Assembly: GCF_016433145.1 (NCBI RefSeq)
Contig: NC_058130.1
Span: 134,824,383 to 134,888,382 of the forward strand
DNA length: 64,000 nt
From: Gracilinanus agilis
Taxonomy: Eukaryota
Reading direction: 5' to 3'
Shown here: in pieces, positions 1 through 12,432 of the stretch
Layout of the letters: each line of letters begins with the position of its first letter
How positions within the stretch are numbered: the first letter of the stretch is position 1
Program-made: the position numbers and the translations under genes
The notes under the pieces: generated by a model
Databases searched by the model: none
Seen by the model: the letters and a program-made list of their open reading frames with translations, nothing else
Told to the model about the DNA's origin: nothing

Positions 1-830
1 CTATTTGAGATGGAAAATTGATGTACAGAGAGAAATAAGATGACCCTTCTCCCTTATAACAGTTGCCCAGGCAGGATCCTTCAGGTCTAAGAGGTATATC
101 CCTTCAGGACCCACCTGGGGTTAATTGATATGTTGATTTGGGCTCTTTAGCTTGGATAACACCTTGTATTCTGACTGCGATTTCTCCCTTCCCAAAACAA
201 GCTTTGAAACTGCTTTAGAAAGGTACTTTAAACTTTATATTAAACAAGAAGGATATGGGTAAAGGACTGTGGTATAGGAGACCTTATTCTGATGGTTACT
301 AATGAAATCTCAACTGCTGGCAGATGAAGAATCAATGTAGCTTCCCTCTGGTTCAGCCTGGCCAGGACTAAACCAGAGTAGGTAAACTGCTGGGATATCT
401 TTGACTTCTTCTTCAATAGATCTTCAGCCTTACAGTTGAGTTATGTCCACCCTTTCCACCCTCTTCTTCATCTCCTGCCCACTTCCCGGATCCCTCCCGG
501 GCCCTGGGAAACCTAGATATCTAGATGATGAAACTCCTAATATCTAGGGGCAGTAGACACCAAGGTAGTGGTCAGGTACAGGTTGGAACGGTATCTCAAG
601 TACAGGAAGAGTTTGCAGAGAGATGTTTGCACCCTCTCACTCCAAGACCAGGATCCACCGTTCTCCAGCCTCAGCACAGGTCAAAGACCCAGAACTTCTG
701 CTCAGGATTCTCAACTGCCCCTCCTCCTGCCTTTTGCATGACTTCCCTGGGAATATTCCATCCAACTGACTTATTTGTCAATCAAAGGTGAACTTCAAGC
801 TCCCAGAGATTCAATATAACACTTGTTAGA
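1..830 (-). mobile_element. Probable LTR fragment
   Basis: Non-coding, ends ..ATATAACA (TGTTAT on -), with LTR-like composition. Family not identified. Confidence 0.35.
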
Positions 831-1149
831 TATTTGATAGGAACTAAATGTTGTGACCTGAAAAAAACAGTAGTTTCTACTGTTTCCTTTGTGTAATCTT
901 CTCTGATAATAAATTCAGGCTTCTGAAAGATAACCTTTCAGTAATTCCTGGTAGCAATAACCTGGTTTCCTACTCTTATCATAAATCCCTTGGTTTCTTT
1001 ATTCAAATCTGAATGACTCAGTCATCTGTGTAATGCTTCCTTGTCCATCTATTGTCAGTTGAGTTCTCATGAATTGTTTCTGTGGAAGGCCTTTACGTAT
1101 GCTCTGTCCAAGATAAAACCAGTATCGGTTACATTCAATAAATCCAGTG

Positions 1150-2780
1150 GCATGTACTTGTAATCAGCCTTTATACTCTCTAGGTTTTCAGAACACTGCT
1201 CTTTCCTTGTTCTTCTTATACCTATCTAACCCCTCCTTAGTCTCCTTTTCTGGATTCTCTTCTAGGTCATGCCCTATAATCATAAGGCTTCTATATGTTT
1301 TAGCCCCTCTTATGTTCTCCCTGGATACCACTTCATTTAGAGATCTTATCAGCAACCATGGATTTAATTACTATCTCTGTGTTGATGATTCTCAAATCTA
1401 CTCAACATGCCCCAAACTCTGTTGATTTCCAATCTTACATTTTCCAACTGCCTTTTGGATATTTCAAATTAGATGTCCAATAAACTCATTGTAACCAAAA
1501 TGAAAAATTATCTTTCCCCTTAATCCTTGCCAACTCTAATTTTCCTTATTACTACAGAGGGCATTACTGTCCTGCTGGTCTCTCAGGTTCAAAACCTGGG
1601 AATCATCCTGTATTCCTCACTTTTCTTTCACTCTCCATATCCAATCAATTGCCAAAGTTACTGATTTCATTATTTTATTTTAATTATTGCTAAACCCTTA
1701 CCTTCCATCTTGGAATTAATATAATATATTGGTTCCAAGGCAGAATTGTGGTAGGAGCTAGGCAATGGGGGTTAAGTGACTTGCCCAGGGTCACACAACT
1801 AGGAAGTATCTGAGGGCAGATTTGAACCTAGGACCTCCTGTCTCTAGTCCTGGCTCTCAATCCACTGAGCCACCCAGCTGCCACTGATTTCATTTTTTCT
1901 TTTAGAATCAATACTAAGTACATTCCAAGGCAAAAGAGTGGAAAGGGCGAGGTAATATGGATTAAGTGGCTTGCCTAAGATCATACAGCTAGGAAGTGTC
2001 TGAGGCCAGATTTGTACCCAGGAACTCCCAATTCCAGGCATGGCTCTCTATCCACTGAGCCACCTAGCTGCCCCTCCATTTCATCTTTGTAACTTCTCTC
2101 TAATATGCCCCCTTCTCTGACACTTTGGTTCAGGTCTTCATCACTTCATGTCCAGAATATTAAATAGCCTGTTGGTGGATCTGCCTGTCTCAAGTCTCTC
2201 CTTACTCTAATATATCTTCCATTTAGCTACTCGATTACAGTGATTTTCCTAAAGTACAATAGTTTTTCTAAAGTACTACCATGCCATTTCACCCTACTTA
2301 ACAAACTCTAGTGGCTACCTATTTCCTCCAGGAACAAATACAAAACCCTCTGTTAGACATTCAAAACCCTTTATAACTTAGCCCCTGATTAGCTTTCCAA
2401 TCTTCTTACACCTTACTTCCAACACATACTCTTCTATTCAGTGATACTGGTTTCTGGGCTGTTCAACGAATAAGACACCCCATCTATATAAACTCTGGAC
2501 ATTTTCTCTGGCTGTCCTCTACCCCTGGAATACCCTTTCTCCCCTTTGATCCAACTACTGGCCTCCCTGGTTTTCCTTAAGTCCTAATTAAAATCCCATC
2601 TTCTACAGGAGATCTTTCCCAGCCCCTCTTAACTCTAATGCCATCTCTCTGTTCAGTATTTCCTATTTATTCTGTATATAGCTTGCTTTGTATTTATTTG
2701 TTTACGTATTGTCTCCCTTATAATATTTGTAAACACCTTGAGGGCAGAGACTGTTTTTGCCTCTTTTTATATCCCTAGCA
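1150..2780 (+). mobile_element. L2 LINE 3' fragment interrupted by two SINEs
   Basis: ORF 1147-1425 ends DLISNHGFNYYLCVDDSQIY, a degenerate L2 RT YADD block. L2-type tail CTTGAGGGCAGAGACTG near 2740. Confidence 0.7.
1690..2074 (-). mobile_element. Two tandem opossum-type tRNA-derived SINEs (SINE1_Mdo-like)
   Basis: Each shows the reverse SINE consensus ..CAATGGGG..AAGTGACTTGCCCAGGGTCACAC..GATTTGAACC..TCAATCCACTGAGCCACCCAGCTGCC. Confidence 0.8.
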
Positions 2781-5539
2781 AGGCCCTTTAATAAATAATG
2801 TATATAAAATAATGTATAGTTAAGAGATTTTTGTACTTTGAACTACATTACCAAAAATTCCTTTCTGTATTACCTAGAATGCTTTTCCCTTTGTCCACAT
2901 TTGCATGGTCAAGTTTTGTATAAGTTGTGAGTCTCCACTTCTGTCTTCCTCTTTTTCTTTTTCTCTTGTGAGTGGGCCGTGTTAAAGAGTTGTCTTACTT
3001 TAGTTATTATTAATAAACTTTACAAAATATAATACTTAGTATTATTGGATATTACTTTTAATCTTCAAAATAGTAAATAAATATTGATTGATTGATTAGC
3101 ACTGTCTAATCAAATGACCAAACTTGAGCTCTCCTCTTCCTTCTTCTTTTTTAAAATAATCTTTACTTTTTGTTTTAGTAGCACCTCTAAGACAGAAGGA
3201 CATGGGCTAGGCAATTGAGGTTAAGTGACTTGTATAGGGTCACACAGCTAAGAAGTGTCTAAAGTCATATTTGAACTCAGGACCTCCCATCTCCAGGCCT
3301 GGTGTTCTATCCACTGATCCATCTCACCGTCCCAAGCCAATCTTCTCTATAGTGTCCTCTCTCTCCAAAGCAGTTTTCCTTGCACCCATCCTAATCCTAT
3401 CACTGTTATAACTAATTATTTCATTTGTAGACTTCTAGACTTTTAAAACTCACAAGGTCACCTACACAAACAAAAAGAAGTGGAAAACCAGGGCAGTTCA
3501 AACCCAGGCTCATGTTTGCCTAGACAAGATATATATGTCTACAGTAATGCTGAAACTGGATGGGAGATAGGAGCAAGTGCCCCAGTTCTTAGGGCATAGT
3601 TCAAAACAGTACACATAATTCGTAGCCAGAAATGAAGAGAGATGCTGAGGAGGGTCATCCCTTTTCTATATCTACTGAGCTATTAGCTCTTCCAGCTAGA
3701 TGGCTAATTAAGAGACTACTCATCATATCACATTGTAAACCCCTGAGTGACAAATGGTCAGAAGCAGGCCTCCACAGCTCCCACATGGTCAACTTTAGAA
3801 GCAAGAAGAGACTATGGATATATATTCTATAAACCCACTTTGCTACCTTCTTGTGGCAGGCAGTGTGTTTAGTTAATATTGTAACAGGGTTTTGTTTGAC
3901 TAATTTTATTGCATATATTTTTTGTTCCAAAAATGTATGTTGAGGTCATACTATATTGCAAAGGTATTAATTATGTTCTACTCTAGGAGCCTTGGGTTCA
4001 AAATACCAGTAAGACTTTTGACATTTACAGATAACGGCTTTCCCTTTGATAACTTTATGACCACATAATAGATTTTTATTATTGTTATTGTTATATGGAA
4101 ACACTCAAACATTCCTGGATTGAAAGTAGGCCCTACTTCATGTAAATTCATAAGAACTATCTGACGTTCCTATGAGTCAGTTATCATCATGATTCCTTTA
4201 CTCACCCTTATCCTAAAAGACCTGTTTTTATTTTTTATTTATTTTTTTCAGCAACAACAAACTCTTCACTTAGACTGAATTAACCAACAATAAACATTTC
4301 ATCTAAACTGAATTCCACTCTGAACATGCACACAGTACTCCTGTCAAATTCACCATGAATTCTGCTAAAACCTGCTAGAGTCCTTTCTGCCATTCCTACT
4401 CCGGTGTTCAAGGAGTGCAATATATCATGCACAGTCCACAACTTTCAGGAAGTACAGACCGTTGTAGATAAAGAACCAACCACTATCTATAGCACTTGGG
4501 ATCTAACTATTATGTTGAGCTTACTACTGTTGCCTTAAGTGCAGGGAAGTGATCATCTGGAACTTCCTAATGATATTTGTTATCCTAAGTGTGAGCATGG
4601 TGTATGTTATCCTGGTCTATTTTGCAGGTCCTAAGGAGTATTTATTGCATTATTTGAACTCTAATCTAATATTGTTGGAATTCTATGGACTTTGTCCTTT
4701 CCCTTAGAAATGCTCTACATATACCTTGGAATGGGTATGTGGTGAAGACCTGTTTTTAAAAAGTAGAGTCCCTGGAGACTACCTATTGTTTGACAGACTT
4801 TGTAGAAGAAAAGAGATCTAAAAGTAATTCCCTTGTGTCCAGTAGAAAATTCCTTGCTCTTGCTGTTTCTGGTCCCTCTGTCTGTTCCTTCCTCTAGTCA
4901 CTCTGGAGTTGACTATTTTTGAGAATATATTTGAGGAAAAGCTTAACTTAGTGGGGAGGCACCTGCTCTGAGCCTTGAAAAAAGGCAAAGATTCTAATGA
5001 ATGGAGGTGAAGAAGCATGATGGATAGCTTAAGCAAAGGTGCACACATAGGAGGAGATTCAGAGAACAGCAATTTCGCAGGTTTGACTGAACTTCTGAGC
5101 ATTTGAAATACAATAAGGTGAAAAAATAAGTAGAAACACAGCACTGGGCCAGGCGGTGAAGAGCTTAAATACTAAGCTAAGGGTTTGTATTTTATCAAAG
5201 AGGTTGAGGAAACACTAAATGGTCTTAAATTGAGGATGATAAAGTCAGTCCTATATGTTAAGAAGACTATTTTGGCAGCTGCACAGAGGATGGTTTGGAG
5301 GGCAGAGGCTGGAAGTAAGAGAGCTAATTAGGAAGCTGTTGGATAGTTCCGGACAAGGGGTGAGGGTATAAGCTAGAAAGGTGGCCAGGTGAGTGAAAGG
5401 AAGGGAAGAAATTAAAGAAATGATGGTAGAATTGATCATTTCTTATTAACTGATTAGATATGGAGAGATGGAAGAGTTGGTTCTGCAGTTATGAAATTAG
5501 ATCATTGGAATTTACATCATCTTTACTAGTCTTATTTTT

Positions 5540-6180
5540 TATTTTTATTATTTAAAAAAATTAAATGAAATTAAAACTTTTTTTACTACTTACATATAAA
5601 AACAAATCTCCCCATAACTTTTCCAAAAGTATATGTTCCAAATTTTCTCCCTCCTTCCCTCCCCCCTCCCAGAGTTGACAAGCAATTTGATCTGTTATAC
5701 ATTTTTCATCACACAAAACATATTTCCATATTTGTTCATTTTTATAAGTGAATAATCTTATAAAATCCAAACCCCAAAATATATACCCAAATAAACAAGT
5801 GAAAAATCGTATGTTTTGATCTGCATTTATATTCTAACTGTTCTTTTTCTGGAGGTGGATAGCATTCTTTGTCATAGGTTCCTCAGAATTGTCCTGGATC
5901 GTTGCATTGCCAAGAGTGGCTCAAGTCTATCACATTTGATCATTCTATAATATTGCTGTCACTGCCTACAGTGTTCTTCTGGTTCTGCTTATTTCACTCT
6001 GCGTCAGTTCATACAAGTCTTTCCAGCTCTTTCTGAAATCATCCTGTTCATCATTCCTTACAGTACAATAGTATTCCATCACCATCATATACCACAATTT
6101 GTTTAGTCATTCTCCAATGGATGGGCATCCTTTCAACTCCCAATTCTATGCCACAATAAGAATAGCTATAAATATTTTCC
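5540..6180 (-). mobile_element. L1 3' UTR fragment
   Basis: Marsupial L1 3'-end motifs (TCCAAATTTTCTCCCTCC, GCAATTTGATCTG, ATTCCATCACCATCATATACCACAATTTG), repeated at other loci in the window. Confidence 0.7.
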
Positions 6181-7641
6181 AATCCTATTTTAAACCCTTA
6201 TCTACCATCTTAGAATCAATGTTGTGTATTGGTTCCAAGGTAGAAAATCTGTAAGGGATAGGCAATGGGGGTTAAATGACTTGCCTGCTAGGAAGTGCCG
6301 GAGGTCATATTTGAACCCAGGACCTCCCATCTCTAGGCCTAGTTCTCAATCTACTGAGGCACCCAGCTGCCCTAGTCCTATTTTTTTTTTTTTTTCAGAA
6401 GAAGAAACTAAAAGCAATTGATCACAAACAAGCATTTATTATTAGAATGGAATGAAACTTTTAAAAATGTAGCACTTTATGATGAGTAGAAGGGTAAAAA
6501 CACAACTTGTCTAAGAGTATATAAGTAGTAAGCAGTAAAGTGAAAGCGGAATGTGGGTTCTTTGAATAAAAAATTGAGGTTTTTTTGTTGGTTTGTTTTG
6601 TTTTTTAAATCTTACTTTTCCGTCTTACTATCAGTTCTAAGACTGAAGAGCAGCAAGGGGTAGGCAATGGGTTAAGTTTATTGCCCAGGGTCATGCAGTT
6701 AAGAAGTGCCAGATTTAAACCTAGGACTTCCTGCCTCCAGGCCTGGCACTCTCTCCACTGGGCTACCCAGTTGCCTCAAGGAGCTTACCTTCTAATGGCA
6801 AAGATAGCATGTATATGGGAATGCTGGCCAAGGACTGCTGTTTTGATTTGGGAAAGCTACTGGGATAGTAATGGAGCCTCAGAAGAATAGATTGGCATAT
6901 CCTTTCCAGTAGCAATGGCAGATTTGATTAAATTCTGTTCGGAGACTAAAGGGTATGGAAATAGCAAGAGATTGGTGGAAGAGTGCAAGGGTGGTATAGC
7001 CAGAGCCAACTTGATATAGTTAGCCAGCCATGAAGCACCATCAATCAGGCTTTCTGGGTGAACATTCTAGAGCTGAAAGGGTTAAGTTCTCTAGGGCATG
7101 GGCTCTGATCTGAGTGGCAAGGAGCTGGCACATAGTGTGCGTATGTGTATTTGTGAGAGAGAGTAAAAGCAAACATTTCATATCATATAAGTCATCTATT
7201 TTATCACATGTGATATTTTCTGTGTTCTAGAGGGCTAAAAGCTGTAAGTGATAGCATTTTCCTATTCTTGAACTTTTAATGAGTATAACTTTTTATATTC
7301 CAGTATTCTTTCTGCCCATCCACAGCTACCTTTGGCCCAGGTCCCTGAAAACTGAGGGGATTTGTCTTTCCTGCCAAACCCTTACCTAGGGCAGACCCTT
7401 GCCCCTGAGGCTCTGAGGAGGAACCGGAGGGGTGAGGAGGAAGGTTTCCTGGAGATTCCTTCTGGGGAATTCAGGCCTCCTGCCCAAGGCAGATCTTCCT
7501 GGTGTCTGAGGTCAGCAGGGAGGAGACAATTGGAAGCAGCCAGACATCCTGCCAGGAGGTGGTACTCCTGGATCTGGCTCCACCCTCTCACTACATGGGT
7601 TTAAGAAGGTGCTGAGGGCATGGAGAATCATGCAGAACAGG

Positions 7642-10600
7642 ATGACTGGACCCCAAGAGCTAGTGTTGGTGCGAGGAGTGGGCTTTGTCCTGGACAGGCG
7701 TTCTCAGGTACTGCTCAGCTAGTTTCCTGGGACCCATCCCTATCTTACCAGTCTTTGTTTCCATTGTATCTGTTTCTTCTCTTTGTGTATTCCCCAGTTC
7801 CTCTGTTTCTTCTCCTCTATCTTCCCTCTTTTCTCTTTCCATCTTTCTCCAACCAGAGTTCCTCATTTTTCTGCTTTTCCATATCCTGATCTCCATTCAT
7901 TCTTGTTGCCTCTGTCCTCCCATCTCCCTGTCTCTGACTCATTTTCATCCTCTTTCTCTCATTTTTCTGACTCTCTTCCACCTTCGCCCCCATCCTGCCT
8001 ATTCTCCTGATTTCCCATGTGTATCTCTCCACTCTCCCATCCTTCACTCTCTGCCTTCTTTCCTATCCCTGTTTTACTTTATTGGGCTGACTCCTTTCTC
8101 ATCATCTTCAACTCCCTGCCTCCCACAGTGCTTTTGACTCCTCCCTGCTCTATATGTCTTTTTCTTCCTTCACTCTCTGTCCCCCCCAAGTTTTTGCCTC
8201 CTCCTTTCTTCTGCCATGGCTTCTCTCTTCCCTCCAAGTTGCGTTAGATGTGGAATGTTTGGCTATGTGGTAGAAAATGAGGCTATTTGGGAGGGAATTG
8301 GAGTGGGGGGTTAAAGGGCAAGAGGGATGTTTCTTGAGCCAGATAAGAAGGGTTGGGGTGGGGGTAATGGCAAAATCTATTGAATCTCCCTCCCTTACCC
8401 TTCTGGTTCCCAGATATTCATCTTCTCAGTGCTCTGGTCGGACGGCAGTGACAGCTTCATCTACAGGACCTTTCAGGAGTTCCGTCAATTCCATGTGAGA
8501 TGCCATCCCAGTCATAGCCCCATGGGACCCTCCAGAATGAACCCCAAACACACACACTTTGTCTGATCCTGGGATAAACACTCAGACTGCATTCTGGGGG
8601 CTACCCAATAAATTCCCTTGAACCTAGAAGCTCCCTCCCAGCCCATATAGACCCCTTCATCATCTCTTTCTCTTATTTGAGGTTATACCCTGACCCTGAA
8701 TCTATCTTCCCAGAAAAGACTGAAGGACACCTTTCCCTTGGAGGCAGGTTTGCTGAAGAGTTCCGATTGTGTCCTCCCCAAGTTTCAAGGTGAGGGAATT
8801 AGTGACAGGGATGGGGTAGGAGGGTGGGAAATTCTGAGACTGAGCAGGGGGAAGGGAGCAAAGGAATGAAGAAAGGGCTCTGGGGCTCAGGGGAGATTGG
8901 GGTTTCAGAGGGATTCCTGTTCTTCCTGTAGATGCCTTCATACTTCTCCCCAGTCGAAGGACACGAAGGGGACTGGCCCGTTTACAGATGCTGGAAGCCT
9001 ATTCTCAGGAACTTCTGGGGGCCCCAGAGACAGTATCTCGAAGTGAGGTGGTCACTGGCTTTTTCCAGACTCAGCCTGGGGATTTGGAGCCAGTCCTGCC
9101 CCAGCACAGGTATTTGGGAATCCTCATATCTTCAGTCTTCCAAATCAGATCAAGCTTTCCTGCCTACCCTGTGGTGGGGTTGGGGTGAAGGAGCTCACAA
9201 TCTAATCAGGAGAAGCAAAGTCATATAGGGAGGACATTAAAAAGGCCATAGACTGGGGAAGCTGAGAGAAGGGAGAGAAAGATCAAATGTGGGCTAAGTC
9301 AGGAAAGATGGCTAGAGAGCCAGCTTTGAAACCTGGGAGGCTTGTTTCAAGTCCTGCCTCAGACACAGACTGGTTGTGTTACCCTGGGCAAGAGGCAACT
9401 CTCTAAGAACATATGCTGCTCGTTTGTATCAGGAGTTCCCCTATATACCAATGAAATCACAAGTTCAGGTCCCAAATATAACCCTCAGAACTTCTAGTAC
9501 TTGCAGATGTTCATTATATTGCCTGTCTGGGGACTGGTAGTAGGGAGGAAGGACTAGAAATGATGGCGAGTGTGTGAGGTTTACTATTTTTTTAAATGTA
9601 AAAAAAATTTCCCCATGTTTATGTGATTTTTTTTTTTAATTTTAAACCCCTAACTTCTGTGTATTGACTTATAGGTGGAAGATTGGTAAGGGTAGGCAAT
9701 GGGGGTCAAGTGACTTGCCCAGGGTCACACAGCTGGGAAGTGTCTGAGGCCAGATTTGAACCTAGGACCTCCTGTCTCTAGGCCTGGCTCTCAATCCACT
9801 GAGCTACCCAGCTGCCCCCTGTTTATGTGATTCTTGTCTTCTTCCCATCTCCCCTCCCCACCACCCCAGGAGTTGACTAGCAATTCCACTGGGTTATACA
9901 TATATTATCACAGAGCTAGTTTCTGAAGAATGGGCAGGACTGGGCTCAGGGAAGTGGGAGGTGTAAGCAGGATATATTCTAGATAGAGGCCACAGCCTAA
10001 GCAAAGGTCAGGATGTGAGAATGAATCTGACTTCCTTGAGGATGGTGAGGAATGAAAAAGAGATGATGCTGCATGAATAGTTTGGAATTAGCACCAAAGA
10101 AAGCCTGCAAATGCCTGGCTAAGAAAAACGGTGGGAGGAGCTGAGATGGTCATTAGTTCCATCTGGAGATAGTGTGGGGTTACGTAGAAAATCTTGTATT
10201 GGGTCTAGGAAATTCCCAGTTCAGGAGGGTGAAAGCCAATTGGTCTCATCTGTGTTTCAACTTGGTTATCTTGGGTATTTCTTCAAAGCATGGTGATCAT
10301 ACCTTCCTCCTGGGAGAGGCCAGAACAGAGACCAAAGAAGCCCCCTGCCCTAGGACCAGACATCTACACCCTGGAGACCCAGACTTTCCGGTGCCTTGAT
10401 AGCTTCAGTACACAGGACACCAGGGGCAGGCCCTTTAAGGTTGGAGCTGGAGAAGAGCTGGATGTGTTTCTAAGATCGCCCACAGGTGGGAAGACTGGGG
10501 ATTGGGAGGGGAAAGGGGAAGAGCATTGAGAAGATGGGAAGGATGGCCTGGATCTGAGTGGGGCTTCATGTTGATGGGGATCCTAGAGGTCTTGGCCCCA

Positions 10601-12375
10601 GGAAACAGATTTAAGTTTTTTAGTTTTATTTGGTGGGGGGAGGGGGAGGAAGTAGACAAGAACCTTGGGGGAGGGAGCAGCTGGGTAGCTCAGTGGATTG
10701 AGAGCCAGGCCTAGAAACTGGAGGTCCTAGGTTCAAATCTGGCCTCATACACTTCCCAGATGTGTGACCCTGGGCAAGTCATTTGACCCCCATTGCCTGC
10801 CCTTACCACTCTTCTGCCTTGGAGCCAATACACAGTATTGATTCCAAGATAGAAGGTAAGAGTTTAAAAAAAAAAAAAAAGAATCTTGGAGTAATGGAAA
10901 CATTAGCTTGGGGAGATAGGGACATTCAGGGGAAATAGATAGTTTTTTCCCTGGGGGACCCCAGGGCAGGAGAGTTTGAACCTAGAGGAAGGAGTAGAAC
11001 CCTTAAATGGGTAGGGGGTGGGTTTCAATTTCTGACAGTGGAGCAGGGTCCTTCAGATATAGGGAATTAGGATTTGGTACGGAAGGTATGTCTGTGGGCA
11101 TCCATACATACATATCAGTACCAACAAGTAGCTCCTTCTATATTTTCTTCCTACTCCCTGTAAGTGAACTCTGTTCCCTCTTACCTGCTGAGTTTTAGGG
11201 GTGTCGATGGCTACATCCCTGTATGCGCTCCCTTTCTCCCTCCCCAGGCTGGTGGCTGGTAGAGAATGCGGACAAGCAGATAGCCTGGTTTCCTGCACCC
11301 TACCTCGAGGAGGTAACTCCAAAGGAGGGATGTGAGGAGATGCCTGCGATACCCAGCAGTGGTGAGTGCCCCTTCTCGGAGTGCAGACTGCCACGCCGCG
11401 ATTCCCCACAAGGGGAGGCGGGGCTCTGCCATTACTCCCGGTTTGCTCAGAGCAGTCCCATGGTGTTGTTTCCTGGTCTGTAGAATGCCCGGGGTTTAAA
11501 GCTCTCAATCCTGGCCAGGGACGAGCCATGCTCCGGGCAGAGAGGAGCTCGGGCAGTTCTGCCGTGAGCCTGACGTTCCCCAGGAGGGAGGCGCATCCTA
11601 GCTCCCGGGTGTGTATGTGGAAATGACCGGAATGGCCCCTTTCCTCCCCATACAGGGCTCCTGTTCTGGAGCGCGGTAGCTTACCAAGGCAGCCGAGAGG
11701 ACGAGCTGTCTGTGCCTGCGGGGGCCCGGGTGACCGTGCTAGAGGCGTCTGAGCGCGGCTGGTGGCGGTGCAGGTGAGCGGAGTTCAGGCTCCACTCTCT
11801 GGGGAGGCGAGGTAGGAGGGCCGCGCGCCCTCCCGCAGCGCACGTATATAGAGAGCCCTCACCCTCGCAGGTACCGTGGCCGCGATGGCCTCTTGCCAGC
11901 CGTGCTCCTGCATCGCTGCCCGGACTCCGGGAGCGCCGGCGGGCTGGGCGTGCTCCTGAGGGCGGGCCGGGGCCCACTGGGGCTCGGGCTGGAGCCTGAG
12001 CCTGGACCACTAGGCCACGGCGAAGCCACGCCTCGCGGGAGCAGGGCCAGGGAGGGGCGCCTCCCCGCGTTCGCCCAGCCTGCTCGGCCCTCCAGCCCGC
12101 GCTCAAGCTCAGAGTCAGACTGGGACAGCGAAGACGGGGAGCACAGCGGGGCCACGCCGGACTCGGGATCCTTCCCTGCCGTGCCCGCCCGGCCCGAGTC
12201 GGGTGACATCCTGCGGAGATGCTGCTCTGTGACCCGGAGAGCCCATCTCCGCCCGGGCGCCGCGAGGTCTCCAGCACCCACTCGAACTGCTGGGCTGCTG
12301 ATGTCTGCACCCCACCCTTCCCCCACTCCTAGCCTGGCCGGCTCCCCGACCTCCGGTCCCCACGTTGAGTTGTGA
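7642..12375 (+). CDS. NOXO1: NADPH oxidase organizer 1 (PX-SH3-SH3-PRR), 8 coding exons, 444 aa
   Basis: Exons 7642-7707, 8414-8494, 8714-8789, 8932-9109, 10289-10485, 11248-11361, 11656-11773, 11871-12375. All introns are GT-AG with consistent phases; total 1335 nt. Translation includes [54 protein letters not shown] and RCCSVTRRA, matching human NOXO1 as recalled. An in-frame ATG at 7630 could add MQNR. Confidence 0.96.
9629..9819 (-). mobile_element. SINE1_Mdo-like SINE with 13-bp TSD
   Basis: TSD TGTTTATGTGATT at 9616-9628 and 9820-9832; full A/B-box head and polyA tail. Confidence 0.9.
10669..10878 (+). mobile_element. SINE1_Mdo-like SINE
   Basis: Full length with polyA tail; TSD AAGAA(C/T)CTTGG. 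Confidence 0.9.
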
Positions 12376-12411
12376 AGACCTGCCCTTCCCTTGTCGAGTT
12401 CTGAATGGCTT

Positions 12412-12417
12412 TTTATT
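12412..12417 (-). terminator. Candidate distal polyA signal, TBL3
   Basis: TTTATT on + is the only canonical AATAAA I found on - between the TBL3 stop and NOXO1. Confidence 0.55.
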
Positions 12418-12432
12418 TTTTATACGTGTATG

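Noticed and set aside
3480-4800. Possible LTR or ERV fragment
   Set aside because: LTR-like composition, but I could not define ends, TSD or family.
7660-8247. Cluster of 70-150 aa ORFs on both strands
   Set aside because: Produced by a low-complexity pyrimidine tract that lacks stop codons.
10669-10760. tRNA-like A/B boxes here and at many similar loci
   Set aside because: They are SINE heads; no cloverleaf.
11681-12326. Long minus-strand ORFs (209 aa and 155 aa)
   Set aside because: Antisense shadows of GC-rich NOXO1 exons 7-8; no ATG start or recognisable domain.
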